64,000 nt of DNA. Source: Podarcis filfolensis. Lineage: Eukaryota. Position 1 is the first letter of the stretch, and every line of letters starts with the position of its first letter. The position numbers and the translations under genes were made by a program. Below are positions 60,496 through 64,000 of this stretch, in pieces. Where the stretch lies: the NCBI GenBank assembly GCA_964270895.1, contig OZ185444.1, one strand, 5' to 3'. The notes below the pieces were generated by a model, which saw nothing but the letters and a program-made list of their open reading frames with translations, was not told the DNA's origin and did not search any database.

Positions 60496-62285
60496 CTCTA
60501 GCACAATGTAGGATATCACTTGCAGATTCTGATACCAGGCTAAATGACATCTGTATTAGACTGTTTACTTCTAATAATGTACACACAACTTGCAACTTAC
60601 GTGTGTTTAACTTGTGCATATTCAGTATTACGTGCTTGGCTAATGTTATAAAAAATTGAGGGGGTGGGCATCTGGGAGAAAAAACTTTGGAAATTCCATC
60701 TGCGATTGAACCAGATGTGTTTTGACTATACATGATGTTGGCTTTCGGCAATATCCTCATAACATAACCTCAGAATTAATTGTGAGGTTATCCTGGGTTA
60801 TTCCTATTATCACCCACTAATGGTGAGTCAAGCAGTCCATAAGTGCTATATTCCACACATTATTATTATGCTTTATTAAATTTGTATACCACCCTTCATC
60901 CGCAGATCACAGGACAGTTGGCAACATAAAAGTACAAAATGAGAGCACAAAATATTGGGCCCAAGTTTCTGCAGTGGAAGGAGGTGTTTTTTTCCCCAGT
61001 TGGAAGCAACTACATATATCTCTGAAATCTGAAAACCAACTTTATGCTTCATGTTTGGATTTATGTCATTTTCCATTGACAACAGAGCTAACATAGGATC
61101 AGCGACAATATATTGCTCTGTAATGGCAGATGAAGGTGAAAAATTCAGTTACAGAATTCTTTAAACAATGGACAGTCCCACCACATATGGAGGTACATGC
61201 ATTTAAGCCTACAACTTTCCAGCATAAGGGTGAGTGTGTATGGTCAACTCTTGAAAGGTGTAAGGGTGTCCAGTGTCATCTTATGATGACCTTTAAAGAG
61301 GCTTCCTGCAGTTTAGCTGAAATATTATGCAGTGGAAGTTTAGACCATATAGAGCTCCATTTGTGTTCATTGATTTGTTGGCCTAAGCAGTCTTGAAGTC
61401 TCTTTTCATAACTGTTTTTAATGATCACTTTATACTAATTTGTAAACTACTTAGAGATTGATTGATAAAGCAGTATATAAAACTTGCTAAAAGAAAAAGA
61501 AAAGCTGGGTTATGGTATCCAGGTCTCCTCAATGTAAACTTACAGTGTTTTATACCACTGCTAATTCAGTAGTTTGAATCTCTCCACAGGAAACCTCCAC
61601 TGACGGCATTGCATGTTTTGCCTGAAATTTATGCACAGTTCTGCCTTTGTAGCTAGGATCTGGACCATGGCAGAATAACAGTTCATTAACTCCATTTCTG
61701 CAATGCATTTTCTAGTCATCTTGTACTTGCCTGCTATCTTGTTTATTCAGCTCCTTCTTCTTTAGAGCACCCATGCAAGAGATTACCAGCCCTTCTTTAA
61801 AAACAACAACTTGCTTTATTGCTTACACCTTCCTGTTAGAAGGCTTAATGTAATATTTAACCTAAATTTAGTATCCCGCAATTAAACCCCATTGTTTCTT
61901 ATCTTGGCTTCACTGGTCACCAGTAGCTATTGTTTTCATCAACTTTATGGCAGTCTTATGCACACTTGAAGAATTATCATGACCTCTCCTTGAATCTGTT
62001 TTCTGAACAATGCTCTGACACCTTTGGCAAAAGCCTTGACCCACATTTGCCGGATGACATGTTTAGTCTTAGGACAGACACTTGCCTAACCTTCTTCCAG
62101 AGCATCAGAATATTGTTCTGAACTTCTGTGTTTTATTAAAAAGGCCCCACAACTAATCTATGTCCTGCATCCCATCCCTTTATCAAATTTCTCATTCTGC
62201 ACAAAATTGAAAAAACATGGCATGCAATTATATCCACATTATGACTGCATTCTATTCTATTTTGATATAGTTTATATAAGACAAA

Positions 62286-62518
62286 CCAGTGTGGTGCAGT
62301 GGTTAGAGTGTTGGACTAAGGCCTGGGAGACCAGGGTTCAAATGCCCACTTAGCTATGCAACTCAGAACTGACCTTGAAGCCAGTCACACACTCTCAGCC
62401 TAACCCACCTCAGAGAGTTGTTTTGAAGATAACATTGGGAGGCAGGGAACTATGTGGGCCACCTTGAACTCCTTGGAGAAAAGAGTGGGATATAAACATA
62501 AAAATAAATAAATAAAAT
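62286..62518 (+). mobile_element. Older, short Squam3/Ther1(MIR)-like SINE
   Basis: ccagtgtggtgcagtggttagagtgttggact...gggttcaaatgcccact...tctcagcctaacccacctc..., ending in an (aaat)n tail. Confidence 0.85.
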
Positions 62519-63030
62519 AGCATAGTACTAAAGCAGGACAAAACACACCCATGTAAGAGTTGTTTCAGAATTTACCAATTGTTTATATGAGGGGCATCAC
62601 TGCTTCTACTTGAGCTTCCTTTCAGAGGTGACCATTTATGTATCACCAAGAAATGAAATGAATAATAATAACAAAGAATAATGACATACTGATTTGCATA
62701 AAATTTATGCAAATTATAAAAATGTGTGCTAATATAAATTCATGAGTCACTTCATGAATTGGTTGGCCACAGAAAGATTCGGAGACAGAAAGGAAGGGGG
62801 ACAAAAAGAAGAGAGAAGAGGCTGTCCTGTCTGCTTTGGGCTCTGGTGCTGACCACTATTGGCTGCCAGCACAGATCCCCCAACAGATTATCTCAACAGA
62901 AAAAAGGTTGCCCACCACTGTAGACAAAAACTGAGGGATTCTTTGCCTCTCAAGAGTCCAGTTTTGAGTCTGCACAACCTACTAAAGCTGTAGTGTCCTG
63001 AACACCCTCATGTAGCAGTAGTTGGGGATA

Positions 63031-63164
63031 CAGTGCTATTTTTCTAGAAAAAGAGGTACCAAAACTCACCATGAACACCTCTCTTGTTCTCTTATCATGG
63101 CAATGTCACCTACCTGAGAGGTGCTGGAACAGATCTAGGGAGTTCTGGCTGAAAAAAAGCCCTG
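63031..63164. mobile_element. hAT-type MITE, same family as 40454 and 15691
   Basis: Termini cagtgctatttttctagaaaaagagg...gaaaaaaagccctg. Confidence 0.8.
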
Positions 63165-63657
63165 CATAGAGTTGTAAAGATGGCAGCCACATTTGCAGAG
63201 ATAAGTTTGTATCCAAACTTATCCATCAAACCATCAAACCAATGGAACAAAGCACCGCTAGTATGAAGAACCTACAAATTCAAAATACCAAGGGGATGAC
63301 TCCCTATGTGGTGGGTAGATGATCTAAAGCTAACAACAAGTCTTATTATGTAGATGCAAGAAGCAAACAACAGAAAATGATGGAGAGAACCTGAAGAAGC
63401 CTGTACTATTTCCAAACATGGATGTGAGCTGCTGCAAAAGAAAAAGAAAGAAGTTAGTTGTGGCTATTAATTTCAACGGGTCCACTCTGAGTATGGAGAG
63501 CATTGGATACAACCCATAATTGCCTAGTTAGTAACTTCAAAAGTAGTGACAATGAACAGTGGTGGTATAGCTTCTTTAAACCAGCTTAGCGTTTAACCAG
63601 CCAATTCCTAATGAATGCAGCTTTCATGGATCACACTTGGTGTTGGTTGTGGGGCAA

Positions 63658-63872
63658 ACATAAGAATATAAGAAGAGTCCCTGCTGGATTAGGTCAGTGG
63701 CCCATTTTACCAGTTTCTGTTCTCATAGTGGCCAACCGGATGGCCATGTGAAGCCTGCAAACAGAACCTGAACCCAAGAGCTCTCTCCCCTCCCATGGTT
63801 TCCAGCCACTGGTATTCAGAAACATGCTGCCTTCAACAATGGTGTCAGAACATAGCCATCAGGCTTAGTAGC
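63658..63872 (-). mobile_element. CR1-like LINE 3' end, interrupted by an LTR
   Basis: Inverted (ttcttatg) tail cataagaatataagaag, then ctgctggattaggtcagtggccc...ctgttctcatagtggccaacc. Confidence 0.78.
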
Positions 63873-64000
63873 TGTCACGGTCCGGTTTATGGGCGGTCAA
63901 AGTCCTGATGGAGGACGTCGGGACCAGGGGCAAGTTGGCGGGGTGGGAGCAGGAACGAGAGTCCGGAAGCCAGGAGTCAGGAAGTCAAGAGTCAGAGAGC
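63873..64000. mobile_element. Probable LTR start (tgtcacgg...), truncated by the window edge
   Basis: Abrupt switch from the CR1 remnant to CpG-rich sequence beginning TGT, with repeated gagtc(a/c)gga motifs. The other end is not visible. Confidence 0.55.

Noticed and set aside
14586-61228. Scattered AG...GT micro-exon candidates (for example about 14586-14631 minus, 16975-17026, 44390-44401, 53690-53760, 61154-61228)
   Set aside because: Such signals are expected by chance in 64 kb. No peptide is recognisable and they do not join into a consistent reading frame.

Overview
Vertebrate genomic DNA, almost certainly a squamate and most likely a lacertid lizard. This is inferred from Sauria/Squam1 SINEs, the long Squam3-type SINE with a (TTC)n tail, BovB and squamate-type L1/L2/CR1 3' ends. 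The window is AT-rich intronic or intergenic sequence, and I could not recognise any host protein-coding exon. Every long ORF I could assign comes from a retroelement fragment or its antisense strand; the remaining ORFs match nothing I recognise. The window holds six BovB 3' fragments, a second RTE-clade LINE, L1, L2 and CR1 ends, SINEs of three families, many TA-flanked Tc1/mariner (Tigger-like) MITEs, hAT MITEs with 8-bp TSDs, a solo LTR, two Penelope-like fragments with minimal hammerhead-ribozyme cores, a 3'-truncated U6 snRNA retrocopy and microsatellites. The most unusual signal is that RTE-clade insertions have two classes of flanking duplication: ordinary 11-14 bp TSDs and very long ones (42 bp, about 85 bp and 120 bp). 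Family names come from my memory of consensus sequences, not from a database search.
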